Shown here: one piece after another, positions 10,948 through 22,407 of the stretch
Numbering within the stretch: position 1 is the first letter of the stretch
Layout of the letters: every line of letters starts with the position of its first letter
NCBI GenBank assembly: GCA_015491865.1
Contig: WFVD01000008.1
Location: 138,002-202,001 of the forward strand
Source: Gammaproteobacteria bacterium
GTDB lineage: Bacteria > Pseudomonadota > Gammaproteobacteria > SZUA-140
Length of the DNA stretch: 64,000 nt
Reading direction: 5' to 3'
Notes under the pieces: model-generated
Database searches by the model: none
What the model saw: the letters and a program-made list of their open reading frames with translations, nothing else
Told to the model about the DNA's origin: nothing
Translations under genes and position numbers: made by a program

Positions 10948-11269
10948 TATGTTGAAATCCTCAAAACTTAAATTAATTGCTAATATCGATCACGTGCATG
11001 ATGACGCAATGAGGATTCAGAGAGGAGCCGTATGGTGTTCTAAGAAAGCCAGCTTGAGCCAGTGCAAGCAAAAGCACTATACCCTAATCCCGTATGAAAA
11101 AACTAATTATTTGTTTTGGCAGAATAAGTTGGGGTAATAGATCTGAAAAAGTGATGGATAGCGTTGGCAGATGGCCTTTGTTATTCGCGGCGCTGTTTTA
11201 TCCAGAGCGTTATGTGGCGCATCAGCTCTTCTGTCCTTAATGCTGAGAGGTCAATTGAACAGCGTAGCG

Positions 11270-11956
11270 TCACCTTGACGGAGCACTCGCGGCACGCACC
11301 CCTTGCCAGAAAATGGCCAGCTGCTGGCGATAGCTGCTGGGGATCGCATCCGGGTTATTCATCCGCAGCAGCAACGGTATGCCATAAAAGAGTGCAACAA
11401 GCCCGAGCATGGTTGTCGGCACATGGGTGTTGGCGGGTAGCTCGCCCCGATTGATCGCCTGCTGCAGTGCCGGTGCCAGCACTGCATCGAGGCCGCTCAC
11501 CTCCAGCGCCTCAATTTCGCTGGCATTTTCGTCATTGATCTCTTTTTCAAAGGCGCGGTGTCGCTCGGCGCGGCCGATGGTCTGCAGGCGCGGTTTTTCG
11601 CGCAGGCGGGCAAGGCGTGCCAGCACTTCCCCCATCAGCCCCGGGTGCTGCTGGAACTGCTGAGCGGCGGCGGCAAACAGTGTGTCGATGGCTGCGGTGC
11701 CGCTCTGGCCGCTCTGGCGAACCTTCCAGCTGATCTCAAGCGTCCAGAGCTGCATGTAGTAGTCGAGCAGATCACTCTTTTTTGCGAAGTAGTTAAAGAA
11801 GGTCGCCTCCGAGATTTCAACATCGTCACAAAGCGCATTGACAGTAATCTCCTCCATCGGTGTCGCTTCAAGGCGCTGAATGGCGGCGTTAACCAGCGCA
11901 AGCTTGGTGCGCGCATATTTTCGTTCACGCAGTGGAATTCTGGGGGTAGCGGCCAT
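11270..11956 (-). CDS. TetR/AcrR family transcriptional regulator
   Basis: N-terminal HTH (TVNALCDDVEISEATFFNYFAKKSDLL). It is divergent from metH. Confidence 0.75.
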   Translation of the reverse strand: MAATPRIPLRERKYARTKLALVNAAIQRLEATPMEEITVNALCDDVEISEATFFNYFAKKSDLLDYYMQLWTLEISWKVRQSGQSGTAAIDTLFAAAAQQFQQHPGLMGEVLARLARLREKPRLQTIGRAERHRAFEKEINDENASEIEALEVSGLDAVLAPALQQAINRGELPANTHVPTTMLGLVALFYGIPLLLRMNNPDAIPSSYRQQLAIFWQGVRAASAPSR

Positions 11957-12318
11957 CTTTATTGCTCCTTAAAACTTATTACTCTCATTATTTTTACCCT
12001 AGTCTATTAATCTAATCAACCCTAATATATCATTTTTTTATATTATTTTCATTGGGTTGTAGCTTCTGATTTGGCGTGAAAAAGGGGCGAAGGAGCCGTA
12101 TCAGTTTTTTCATCTGTTGTGAATATTGTTCTATAAAATTTTAGAGTACGCAATGTTTTATTGGTAATAATCTTATGGAACAGTAGGTTAAAGGCAAAAT
12201 TAATCTACAATACGATTTAAGCGTGGTAGACTGCACGCCTCTATTTTCAGGCTATTCTATAGATTGCCGACAGATAACATCATCATCCGCACCGCTTCAA
12301 CCAAATTTAGGTAACCAG

Positions 12319-15300
12319 ATGGACAGACTTCTACCGCTTCTCAAGGAACGTATCCTGATTCTCGATGGTGCGATGGGCACGATGATTCAGCGCTACAAGC
12401 TGGAAGAGTCCGATTATCGCGGTGAGCGCTTTGCCGATTACCCCTCAGACCTCAAGGGCAATAACGACCTGCTGGTGTTGACACAGCCGGAGATCATCCG
12501 CGACATCCACATCGAATACCTGAATGCGGGCGCGGACATTATCGAGACCAACACTTTTGGTGCCACTACTATTTCGATGGCCGATTACGATATGGAGTCG
12601 CTCGCCTATGAGATGAACGTTGCCGGTGCGCGGCTCGCACGTGAGGCGTGTGATGCGGTGGCCACCGCCGACAAACCGCGCTTTGTTGCGGGCGTGCTTG
12701 GTCCCACAAATCGCACCTGCTCGATTTCGCCCGAGGTGAATGACCCGGCGGCACGCAACGTTACCTTTGATGAGCTGGTGGTTGCCTATAGCGAAGCGAC
12801 CCGTGGCTTGATCGAGGGGGGCTCCGATACGATTCTGATCGAGACCATTTTCGACACCCTCAATGCCAAAGCGGCAATCTTTGCGGTGCAGCAGGTCTTT
12901 GATGAGATTGGGCGCGAGCTGCCGATCATGATCTCCGGTACGATCACCGACGCCTCTGGTCGAACCCTTTCAGGGCAGGTGACCGAAGCCTTTTACAACT
13001 CACTGGCCCATGCGAAGCCGATCTCGATCGGACTGAACTGCGCACTCGGTGCCGAAGAGCTGCGCCAGTATGTGGAAGAGCTGTCACGCGTGGCTAGCTG
13101 TTATGTGAGCGCACACCCCAATGCAGGGTTACCCAATCCGCTGGCAGAAACGGGCTATGATGACACGCCTGAAAACATGGCTGGCTTTATCAAAGAGTGG
13201 GCCGAGAGCGGTTTTCTGAATATTATTGGTGGATGCTGTGGTACCTCGCCCGATTTCATCGCGGCCATTGCGGAAGCTGTCAGGGATGTTGCACCGCGCA
13301 AGCTGCCGACGATCCCGGTTGAGTGCCGTCTCTCTGGACTGGAGCCATTTAACATCGCCGCCGAGTCGCTCTTTGTGAATGTGGGAGAGCGCGCCAATGT
13401 GACTGGCTCCGCCAAATTTAAACGGCTTATCCTTGAAGGGCAGTTTGATGAGGCGCTCAGCGTCTGTCGTGAACAGGTTGAGAACGGCGCCCAGATCATC
13501 GATGTGAACATGGATGAGGCGATGCTCGACGGTAAAGAGGCGATGGTCCACTACCTGAATCTGGTCGCCTCTGAACCGGATATCTCGAAAGTGCCGGTGA
13601 TGGTGGACTCCTCAAAGTGGGAGATTATTGAGGCGGGGCTAAAGTGTATTCAGGGTAAAGGGATCGTCAACTCGATCTCTCTGAAAGAAGGGAAGGGGCA
13701 GTTCATTCATCATGCCGAGTTGATTAAACGCTACGGCGCGGCGGCAGTGGTGATGGCCTTTGATGAAGAGGGTCAGGCCGACACCTTTGAACGCAAGATT
13801 GAGATCTGCAAAAACTCATACGATGTGCTGGTCAATGAGGTCGATTTTCCGCCACAGGATATCATCTTCGACCCCAATATCTTCGCCGTTGCGACCGGTA
13901 TTGAGGCGCACAACAACTATGCGGTCGATTTTATCGAGGCGACGCGCTGGATCAAACAGAACCTGCCTCATGCGATGGTGAGTGGCGGTGTCTCTAATGT
14001 CTCATTCTCTTTTCGTGGTAACAATCCGGTGCGAGAGGCGATTCATGCAGTCTTTCTCTACCACTGTTGTCAGGCGGGGATGGATATGGGGATCGTCAAT
14101 GCGGCTCAGCTTGCAGTTTACGATGACCTGCCACAAGCGCTACGTGAGCGTGTTGAAGATGTGGTGCTGAATCGGCGTGAAGACAGTACCGACCGTCTGC
14201 TGGAGATCGCGGATAGCTACCGTGGCGATGGCAAGGTCGAGAAGAAAGAGGATGAAGCGTGGCGCAGCTGGTCAGTTGACAGGCGGCTGGAACATGCGCT
14301 CGTTAAGGGAATCGATCGCTTTGTTACAGAAGATACTGAAGAGGCGCGGTTGACCTTTGAGCGCCCCATTCAGGTGATTGAAGGGCCGTTGATGGCCGGC
14401 ATGAATGTGGTGGGTGATCTGTTTGGCGCAGGTAAGATGTTTCTGCCACAGGTGGTGAAGTCCGCGCGAGTGATGAAAAAGGCGGTCGCGCATCTGATCC
14501 CGTTTATTGAGGCGGCCAAGGCAGAAGGGGCTGCTCAGAGTAATGGCAAGATTCTGATGGCTACCGTGAAAGGTGATGTACATGACATCGGTAAAAATAT
14601 CGTCGGGGTTGTGTTGCAGTGTAATAATTTTGAAGTGATCGATATCGGAGTGATGGTGCCGACGGCCACGATTCTGGAGGAGGCGAAGAAACATCATGTC
14701 GATGTGATCGGACTCTCAGGTCTGATCACCCCATCGCTGGAAGAGATGAGCCATATCGCCAAAGAGATGAAACGGCTGGAGATGAATATCCCCCTCATGC
14801 TGGGCGGTGCGACCACATCAAAGGCCCATACCGCAGTGAAGATCGATCCCCACTATGACCACCCAGTGGTGTGGGTGAAAGACGCCTCGCGTGCAGTGGG
14901 TGTCGCGCAGAGCCTGATCTCTGATGAGTTGCGGCCAAAGTTTGTTACTGACCTGAAGTCTGAATATGAGGCGGTACGGTTGCGCCATGCTGCGCGGCAA
15001 ACCGATGCGAAGTGGTTAACGCTGGCGCAGGCTCGCGCCAACAAAACAGAGATCGACTGGGAGAATTACCAGCCGACGACCCCCTCCTTTATCGGCACCA
15101 AGGTATTTGACGACTATCCACTACAGGAGCTGGTGGAGTATATCGACTGGACACCGTTCTTCCATTCGTGGGAGTTAAAGGGGAGTTACCCCAAAATTTT
15201 TGATGATGCTGAAAAAGGAGAAGAGGCGAAGAAGCTCTACGCCGATGCACAGGCGATGTTACAACAGCTTATTCAAGAGAAGTGGTTGCGGGCCAGTGCC

Positions 15301-15996
15301 GTAATAGGTCTCTATCCAGCCAGCAGTGTGGGAGATGACATTGAGGTCTATGCCGATGAGTCGCGTAGTGAGCGATTAACCACTTTTCACAATCTGCGCC
15401 AGCAGCAACAGAAGGCGGATGGCAAACCCAACCGCTGCCTGACCGACTTTATTGCACCAAAAGATAGCGGCGTTAACGATTACATCGGCTGCTTTGCGGT
15501 GACAACCGGCATCGGCATCGATGCACGTATCGCCGAATATGAAAAAAATCATGATGATTATCGTTCGATTATGTTAAAGGCGCTGGCTGATCGTCTTGCT
15601 GAGGCTTTTGCAGAGCGCATGCATCTGCGTGTGCGCCGAGAGTTCTGGGGCTATGCGAGTGACGAATCGCTTGATCAGAGCCAGTTGATCAAGGAGGCGT
15701 ACAAAGGGATCCGTCCAGCAGCCGGTTACCCGGCCTGTCCCGACCATACCGAGAAAGATCTGATCTGGGATCTGATGCAGGTGCAGGAAAATACCGGTAT
15801 CTGGCTGACAGAGTCGAAGGCGATGGTGCCCACGGCGGCTGTCAGTGGGATCTACTATGGCCACCCGGAGGCGATCTACTTTGGTGTCGGCAAGATCAAC
15901 CGAGAGCAGGTTGAAGAGTATGCGGCACGCAAAGGGATGTCGGTACAGGAAGCCGAGCAGTGGCTGGCACCCAATCTCGGTTATGACGCGGAATAA
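12319..15996 (+). CDS. metH: Cobalamin-dependent methionine synthase MetH
   Basis: The start is taken at [24 protein letters not shown] (ATG 12319; the ORF track start at 12223 is upstream extension). Hcy-binding, pterin-binding, B12-binding (DxHxxG: GDVHDIGKN) and AdoMet activation domains are all present. Confidence 0.9.
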   Translation: MDRLLPLLKERILILDGAMGTMIQRYKLEESDYRGERFADYPSDLKGNNDLLVLTQPEIIRDIHIEYLNAGADIIETNTFGATTISMADYDMESLAYEMNVAGARLAREACDAVATADKPRFVAGVLGPTNRTCSISPEVNDPAARNVTFDELVVAYSEATRGLIEGGSDTILIETIFDTLNAKAAIFAVQQVFDEIGRELPIMISGTITDASGRTLSGQVTEAFYNSLAHAKPISIGLNCALGAEELRQYVEELSRVASCYVSAHPNAGLPNPLAETGYDDTPENMAGFIKEWAESGFLNIIGGCCGTSPDFIAAIAEAVRDVAPRKLPTIPVECRLSGLEPFNIAAESLFVNVGERANVTGSAKFKRLILEGQFDEALSVCREQVENGAQIIDVNMDEAMLDGKEAMVHYLNLVASEPDISKVPVMVDSSKWEIIEAGLKCIQGKGIVNSISLKEGKGQFIHHAELIKRYGAAAVVMAFDEEGQADTFERKIEICKNSYDVLVNEVDFPPQDIIFDPNIFAVATGIEAHNNYAVDFIEATRWIKQNLPHAMVSGGVSNVSFSFRGNNPVREAIHAVFLYHCCQAGMDMGIVNAAQLAVYDDLPQALRERVEDVVLNRREDSTDRLLEIADSYRGDGKVEKKEDEAWRSWSVDRRLEHALVKGIDRFVTEDTEEARLTFERPIQVIEGPLMAGMNVVGDLFGAGKMFLPQVVKSARVMKKAVAHLIPFIEAAKAEGAAQSNGKILMATVKGDVHDIGKNIVGVVLQCNNFEVIDIGVMVPTATILEEAKKHHVDVIGLSGLITPSLEEMSHIAKEMKRLEMNIPLMLGGATTSKAHTAVKIDPHYDHPVVWVKDASRAVGVAQSLISDELRPKFVTDLKSEYEAVRLRHAARQTDAKWLTLAQARANKTEIDWENYQPTTPSFIGTKVFDDYPLQELVEYIDWTPFFHSWELKGSYPKIFDDAEKGEEAKKLYADAQAMLQQLIQEKWLRASAVIGLYPASSVGDDIEVYADESRSERLTTFHNLRQQQQKADGKPNRCLTDFIAPKDSGVNDYIGCFAVTTGIGIDARIAEYEKNHDDYRSIMLKALADRLAEAFAERMHLRVRREFWGYASDESLDQSQLIKEAYKGIRPAAGYPACPDHTEKDLIWDLMQVQENTGIWLTESKAMVPTAAVSGIYYGHPEAIYFGVGKINREQVEEYAARKGMSVQEAEQWLAPNLGYDAE

Positions 15997-16232
15997 ACGG
16001 TTAATACCGCTCAGATTTGCTCTTTTCGAATGAATTGATCGCCGGCACCGCTCTATTCTCCTCGCCATAGCGAGTGTCTCGGCGATGCTGGATGATGGGT
16101 TAGATTTCCTCAACAATAATAATGTGTAGCCGATAAGCAGCTTATGAGCACGGCAGGTTTTGACCTGCGTGCCAGGTTCAGAACAAAGGGCGTTAAACAA
16201 AAACAGTTTATCAATAATCTGAGGGCCCCCTA

Positions 16233-17756
16233 ATGGGTATTTATTCGCGAATTATTTCGCTGGGTCTTTTCTGTACCACCGCACTTGCTTCGGTTGCTGC
16301 GATCGTATTTTACTCTCCTGAGTCGCGGGCACCTGTCGTGGCAGCAGGGGTTGCAGCGGTGATGATCTTCATAGCGGCGCTGGTAGTGGCAAAACAGGTC
16401 AGGGCATCACTCGAAGGGCTGAGCCTGGCTATTGATCAGGTCACGGCATCCAGGGATCTCAGCCAACGTGTAGCCGTAGTGAAACAGCCAGAGTTAGTTG
16501 AGGTGGCCGGTTCGATTAATCATCTGTTAGATGGATTTTCTGATGTGCTTGCACGCGTTAATCAAAATACTGAAATGTTATTTGAAGAGGTGGCTCAGAT
16601 TGCATCGGCCTCGGCAGAGGTGATGGCCTCCTCGGATGTGCAGAACAGGAGCGTTACCGGTGTGGTCGATTCAATGGTTGGACTGAGCAGTAGCGTGGTA
16701 CAGGTAGCACGTAGCGCAGACGAAGTTCGCCAGATGGCCAGCACCGTCAAGGATCTTAGCAAGGAAGGTGAAGGGCATGTGGTGCTGGTCTCCAGTGGCA
16801 TTGCGCATGTTAATGAGTCATTCCAGTCAACGCAGGATCTCATCAAATCGCTGGCGCGCCGATCAGATGAGATTGTGACGATTATTGAGATGATCAGCGA
16901 CATTGCAGAGCAGACCAATCTATTAGCATTAAATGCAGCAATTGAGGCCGCGCGCGCCGGGGAACAGGGTCGAGGTTTTGCTGTGGTGGCTGACGAAGTG
17001 CGTAATCTTGCATCACGAACACATGATGCAACCGTTGAAGTGACGAGAATGGTTGATGGTATCCGTGCCGAGACAGGAATCGTTGTGAAGCAGATCGAGA
17101 GCGGTAGCGAAGAGGTGGGTGCCTGTGTTGAAAAGGCGAACCAGACTTCCGCCGCACTATCCAGCATGAGCTCTCATGCGATAGATGTAACGCTGCGCAC
17201 CGATGAAATTGCTTCCGCGACAGAAGAGCAGAGCTGCACCACGCAGCAGATCGAAGAGATGGTGCGTACGGTGACTGAGATGTCAGAAAAGAGTAACCAG
17301 AGCATTCATAAATCGAATGGCGCAATCAGACATTTACTGCAGCAGGCGATGGAGTTAACGGTTGCTGCACGTGAATATAGTTCAGTGGAAAGGAACGAGT
17401 TGAACAGCCTGATGCAGGCTATTACAGAGGTTAGAATGAATGCTGTTCTTGCGACTAACGCCTCATGTGCGAGTGAGACGGTTGAGCCAATTAATAAAAT
17501 CAAACAGCTAGATCAGGATATCGTCTCTTTATGGGGACGATACAGTGCTGGTCCAGCCGGTAGTGCCGAGCCGAAACAGGCTCAGGCGTTCTGGGAGGCG
17601 TGGCAGCTGTTTAAAGCGGCGCGCGCAATCACACTTGAGCGCTCGGCCAATGGAGATTTTATTGGTGCTAGAGAAAATGCAGCCAGGAATGCCGGGCCAA
17701 AATTTCAGCAGGCAAAAGCTGCATTAGCCTCATTAATTGAGGGGCAGATGGGGTAA
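16233..17756 (+). CDS. Methyl-accepting chemotaxis protein lacking a periplasmic sensor domain, with a roughly 130-aa C-terminal extension
   Basis: Two N-terminal TM helices with a minimal loop. MCP motif [34 protein letters not shown]. The gene is monocistronic. Confidence 0.8.
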   Translation: MGIYSRIISLGLFCTTALASVAAIVFYSPESRAPVVAAGVAAVMIFIAALVVAKQVRASLEGLSLAIDQVTASRDLSQRVAVVKQPELVEVAGSINHLLDGFSDVLARVNQNTEMLFEEVAQIASASAEVMASSDVQNRSVTGVVDSMVGLSSSVVQVARSADEVRQMASTVKDLSKEGEGHVVLVSSGIAHVNESFQSTQDLIKSLARRSDEIVTIIEMISDIAEQTNLLALNAAIEAARAGEQGRGFAVVADEVRNLASRTHDATVEVTRMVDGIRAETGIVVKQIESGSEEVGACVEKANQTSAALSSMSSHAIDVTLRTDEIASATEEQSCTTQQIEEMVRTVTEMSEKSNQSIHKSNGAIRHLLQQAMELTVAAREYSSVERNELNSLMQAITEVRMNAVLATNASCASETVEPINKIKQLDQDIVSLWGRYSAGPAGSAEPKQAQAFWEAWQLFKAARAITLERSANGDFIGARENAARNAGPKFQQAKAALASLIEGQMG

Positions 17757-17842
17757 TGCAGAGTTCTATGATGTAGCAGTGTGTGCTCTCTAATTCTTCA
17801 GGCCGATTAAGAGCGCACCTCTAATTTAGAAGACAGGGATGT

Positions 17843-18976
17843 ATGGCTTTTAAGTGGATAAAACAGGTGCTAACCGATGATACGCTGCCAGGCCATGGGG
17901 AGCGCTGGCTAGCATGTTTGGCCGCCCTGCTGAGTCTCTTGATGGTTGCGGCCGTAAGTGCCTTTTTTCTCAGTGGTAAAGATGTGCCGATTGTGGTCGC
18001 TTCGATGGGGGCCTCTGCGGTTCTGCTGTTTGCAGTGCCGCATAGTCGATTTTCCCAGCCCTGGTCCTTTGTTGGTGGACACCTGATTTCTGCCTTTGTG
18101 GGTGTCACCTGTGCTCAGTGGATACCCGATCAGGCGCTGGCGGTCGCGACCGCCGGCGCATTAGCGCTGCTCTGTATGCTCTATCTGCGCTGTTTGCATC
18201 CACCTGGTGGCGCAGCTGCAGTGACTGCTGTGATCGGGGGCAGTGAGATAGAGTCGCTCGGCTATTTATTTGTTGTGATGCCGGTCGCATTGAATGTCGT
18301 GCTGATGCTGTTAATGGCGCTACTGGTCAATAACCTGATACCCGGTCGGCGTTATCCAGCCACCCCTAAGCAGACGAGGCGATCACCGCTAGATGTACCG
18401 TCGGGAACCGACACGCTAAAATTTTCCGATAGCGACCTGGAGCAGGCATTGCGTGATATGAACACATACATCGATGTCTCCAAAGAGGACCTTAACGCAA
18501 TTTATGGACTCGCGCGGATGCATCATCAGAAAAAACAGCTGGGTGATGTGCTGTGTAAAGATGTGATGGTGCGTGAGGTGGTTGCAGTCGAGTACGGGAG
18601 TCACCTTGACGAAGTATGGGAGTTGATGCAGCGTTATAAAATCAGCGGCATTCCTGTGATTAACCGTGCGCATCGAATTGAAGGTATCGTTACGCTCTCC
18701 GATCTCCTGCGTGAAGCGGATGTAAGCTCTCATCAAACAATGGGTGAGAAATTGCGTTCATTTATTAAACAGACACAGGGGCACCACTCAGATAAGGCAG
18801 AGGTTGCAGGGCAGGTCATGACAAAGCAGGTGTTAACGGTAAAAGAAGAGCAGCATATCGCAGAGCTGATCCCGTTGTTTGTTGAGCGAGATATTCACCA
18901 TATCCCGGTCGTAAATGAACAGGATAGACTGGTGGGTATGATTACACGTACAACCGTGATGAATGTATTGCTATAA
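17843..18976 (+). CDS. HPP family membrane protein with tandem C-terminal CBS domains
   Basis: N-terminal polytopic HPP-like region. Two CBS-like modules (VMVREVVAVEY..., VMTKQVLTVKE...HHIPVVNEQDRLVGMITRTTVM). Confidence 0.7.
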   Translation: MAFKWIKQVLTDDTLPGHGERWLACLAALLSLLMVAAVSAFFLSGKDVPIVVASMGASAVLLFAVPHSRFSQPWSFVGGHLISAFVGVTCAQWIPDQALAVATAGALALLCMLYLRCLHPPGGAAAVTAVIGGSEIESLGYLFVVMPVALNVVLMLLMALLVNNLIPGRRYPATPKQTRRSPLDVPSGTDTLKFSDSDLEQALRDMNTYIDVSKEDLNAIYGLARMHHQKKQLGDVLCKDVMVREVVAVEYGSHLDEVWELMQRYKISGIPVINRAHRIEGIVTLSDLLREADVSSHQTMGEKLRSFIKQTQGHHSDKAEVAGQVMTKQVLTVKEEQHIAELIPLFVERDIHHIPVVNEQDRLVGMITRTTVMNVLL

Positions 18977-19147
18977 CACTACTATTTATCGTTAACGCTT
19001 TTTGGCAACGGCAGGTAGCACCTCTTTACAGATAAAATCGATGTAGTCATCGGCACGATCTTTAAATTCAGGTGGCACTGCATGTGCCGCCTCGTTAAGC
19101 TGGTCGGTTAACTTATATTAGCGGCTACCGTGAAAACTTTCCTTTTA

Positions 19148-19187
19148 ATAAAAAAGCCCACTCCTGCTTTAACAGGGGTAGGCCTTG
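19148..19187 (-). terminator. Probable intrinsic terminator downstream of hemF
   Basis: Minus-strand hairpin of about 10 bp with one mismatch, followed by a T6 run. Confidence 0.4.
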
Positions 19188-19211
19188 AGAGGTATTGCTT
19201 GTGAGCTGAGT

Positions 19212-20177
<966 letters not shown>

Positions 20178-20241
20178 CTATCTAAATTTTCCCGAGACTG
20201 TAACGGAGGATTATAAAGACTTTAATGGTTGCCCTGCCTGT

Positions 20242-20823
20242 TTATGAGGCGCGGATTATCTGGTTGCTCTCTGCGTCTCTGATCTCAGTTGGATTATCCT
20301 GCATGCCGACGTTACCGGGCAGGATATAGTCGAGCTGGCTGGTGAAGATGCGCCTCACCTGCCTCACGTTACGCGCTGCCTGTTGTTGATGCCGGTTGGC
20401 GCTGGTAGAGACCAGCGGCCCTGCGAGTGTCTCGCAGAGTGCGCTGGCCTGCGGATGTGCGGTGACGCGGATGGCGATCTTTTTATGGCTGCCGGTGATC
20501 CAGTGCGGCACCTCGGGGCGTGCGGGTAGCAGCCAGGTGGTTGGCCCCGGCCATCGCTTATCAATGCGTTTGCGGGTCTTTGTATCGAGCGGTGTGATAT
20601 ACGGTTCGACCTGTTCAAACGATGAGGCGATTAGAATAAGCCCTTTTTCAGGCTTGCGCTGTTTAAGCTGCAGCAGCCGCTGGACCGCGTCGCTATTGCG
20701 CGGATCACAGCCGAGGCCGTAGACCGCCTCTGTGGCGTAAGCGATTACCCCGCCGCGGCGAACCACCTCGGCGGCATGCAGGATGTGCCAGCGATTGAGC
20801 GTGCGTTGTTCGGGTGTCACCAT
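20242..20823 (-). CDS. tsaC: L-threonylcarbamoyladenylate synthase TsaC/YrdC
   Basis: YrdC fold motif AYATEAVYGLGCDPRN. The start at 20823 is chosen because it abuts the purD stop; the longer ORF to 20943 would overlap purD. Confidence 0.8.
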   Translation of the reverse strand: MVTPEQRTLNRWHILHAAEVVRRGGVIAYATEAVYGLGCDPRNSDAVQRLLQLKQRKPEKGLILIASSFEQVEPYITPLDTKTRKRIDKRWPGPTTWLLPARPEVPHWITGSHKKIAIRVTAHPQASALCETLAGPLVSTSANRHQQQAARNVRQVRRIFTSQLDYILPGNVGMQDNPTEIRDAESNQIIRAS

Positions 20824-20827
20824 CTTG

Positions 20828-22120
20828 CTAAGTCGTCTGGCGCTGCTCACGCGCGACGGCGCGGTAGCCGATGTCGTTGCGATAAAATGCGCCATCCCAG
20901 CTGATTTTTTTAACGTGGGCGTAGGCGTTTTTCTGCGCATCACTCACCGTTGCGCCGAGTGATGAGACGCAGAGCACGCGGCCACCTGCGGTTACAACAT
21001 GACCGCCTTCGATGCGCGTACCGGCATGAAACACTTTGCTGTTCTCAGTGTCGTTATCAAGGCCGCTGATTATATCACCCTTCGGATAGCTGCCGGGGTA
21101 GCCTGTGGCTGCCATCACCACGCCAAGAGCGACCCGCTCGTCCCACTCTGCAGTGACACTCTTGAGTCTTTTATCCAGAGCCGCATCGCACAGCTCTGTG
21201 ATATCGGATTTGAGGCGCATCATGATTGGCTGGGTTTCAGGGTCGCCAAAACGGCAGTTGTATTCGATCACCTTTGGTGTGCCGTCGGCGCTGATCATCA
21301 GCCCGGCATAGAGGAAACCGGTGTATGGGTTGCCTTCACTCGCCATGCCGTTAACCGTTGGTTCGATCACCTCTTTCATGATGCGGGCGTGAATCTCATC
21401 GCTCACCACCGGTGCAGGCGAGTACGCCCCCATGCCGCCAGTGTTGGGGCCGGTGTCCCCTTCGCCAACACGTTTGTGATCCTGGCTGGTTGCCATCGGC
21501 AGGATGTTTTTGCCATCAACCATGCAGATAAAGCTCGCCTCCTCACCCGTTAAAAACTCTTCGATCACCACGCGGTGGCCCGCTTCACCAAAGGTGTTAC
21601 CGGCAAGCATCTCTTTGATCGCTGTTTCGGCTTCGGCGAGTGTCATCGCTACAATCACCCCTTTGCCAGCCGCAAGGCCATCGGCCTTAACAACGATAGG
21701 CGCGCCCTGCTGGCGAACGTAGGCGAGAGCGGCTTCGGTCTCAGTAAAGTTCTGGTAGCGGCCGGTCGGAATATGGTGGCGTGCCAGAAAGTCTTTGGTG
21801 AACGCCTTGGAGCCTTCCAGTTGGGCGGCCTCCTCGGTAGGACCAAAGCAGCGCAGGCCCGCCGCTTCAAAGCGGTTAACCACACCGGCAACCAGTGGCG
21901 CCTCAGGGCCGACGATGGTGAGGCCTACCCTCTTTTCTTTGGCAAAGGCGAGCAGTGCCGGAATCTCTTCAGCGCCAATGGCGACGTTTTCCAGTTTCTC
22001 TTCGCGTGCGGTGCCCGCGTTGCCGGGTGCAACATAAACGGTTTCGACTCGCGTTGATTGCGCCGCTTTCCAGGCCAGCGCGTGTTCGCGACCACCGCCG
22101 CCGATAATCAGTACCTTCAT
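20828..22120 (-). CDS. purD: Phosphoribosylamine--glycine ligase PurD
   Basis: Full-length PurD with an ATP-grasp fold (MKVLIIGGGGREHALAWK...). Confidence 0.9.
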   Translation of the reverse strand: MKVLIIGGGGREHALAWKAAQSTRVETVYVAPGNAGTAREEKLENVAIGAEEIPALLAFAKEKRVGLTIVGPEAPLVAGVVNRFEAAGLRCFGPTEEAAQLEGSKAFTKDFLARHHIPTGRYQNFTETEAALAYVRQQGAPIVVKADGLAAGKGVIVAMTLAEAETAIKEMLAGNTFGEAGHRVVIEEFLTGEEASFICMVDGKNILPMATSQDHKRVGEGDTGPNTGGMGAYSPAPVVSDEIHARIMKEVIEPTVNGMASEGNPYTGFLYAGLMISADGTPKVIEYNCRFGDPETQPIMMRLKSDITELCDAALDKRLKSVTAEWDERVALGVVMAATGYPGSYPKGDIISGLDNDTENSKVFHAGTRIEGGHVVTAGGRVLCVSSLGATVSDAQKNAYAHVKKISWDGAFYRNDIGYRAVAREQRQTT

Positions 22121-22407
22121 GAATTAATATATCTTTATAATGTTGATGGGGTGACGTTAACTAGTTAAGTGCCGCTTTCCAGAATGCAGGCCACGCACAC
22201 TTTTTTGCAAGTGGGTAAGAATAGCGCATTCTGGGGGGGTGGGTCATCCTCATACCGGGTGATGGAAGTCATTTGTCAAAGACACGCAAGCCGTTGTTTT
22301 GCAATGTTATACAAAATGTCTAATCAATTGAAATAAATAGAGAAATATGCTACTATGGGGCTGTTTCTGGTTGGTCTGAAGCGCTCTTTCTGGCCACCAG
22401 CCATAAA

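Noticed and set aside
11957-12318. Possible riboswitch (SAM/SAH/B12) in the roughly 360-nt AT-rich leader upstream of metH
   Set aside because: No conserved riboswitch core motifs were recognisable by eye. The region more likely holds divergent promoters for metH and the TetR gene. An Rfam scan would settle it.
15574-16200. 208-aa minus-strand ORF overlapping the 3' end of metH
   Set aside because: It overlaps a highly conserved gene on the opposite strand and runs into the intergenic region. It has no recognisable family and its composition is GC-frame-driven. Likely spurious.
16595-17325. Two antisense ORFs (190 and 143 aa) inside the second MCP gene
   Set aside because: They lie opposite a well-supported MCP coding frame and are Ser/Ala/Arg-rich translations typical of antisense GC-rich DNA.
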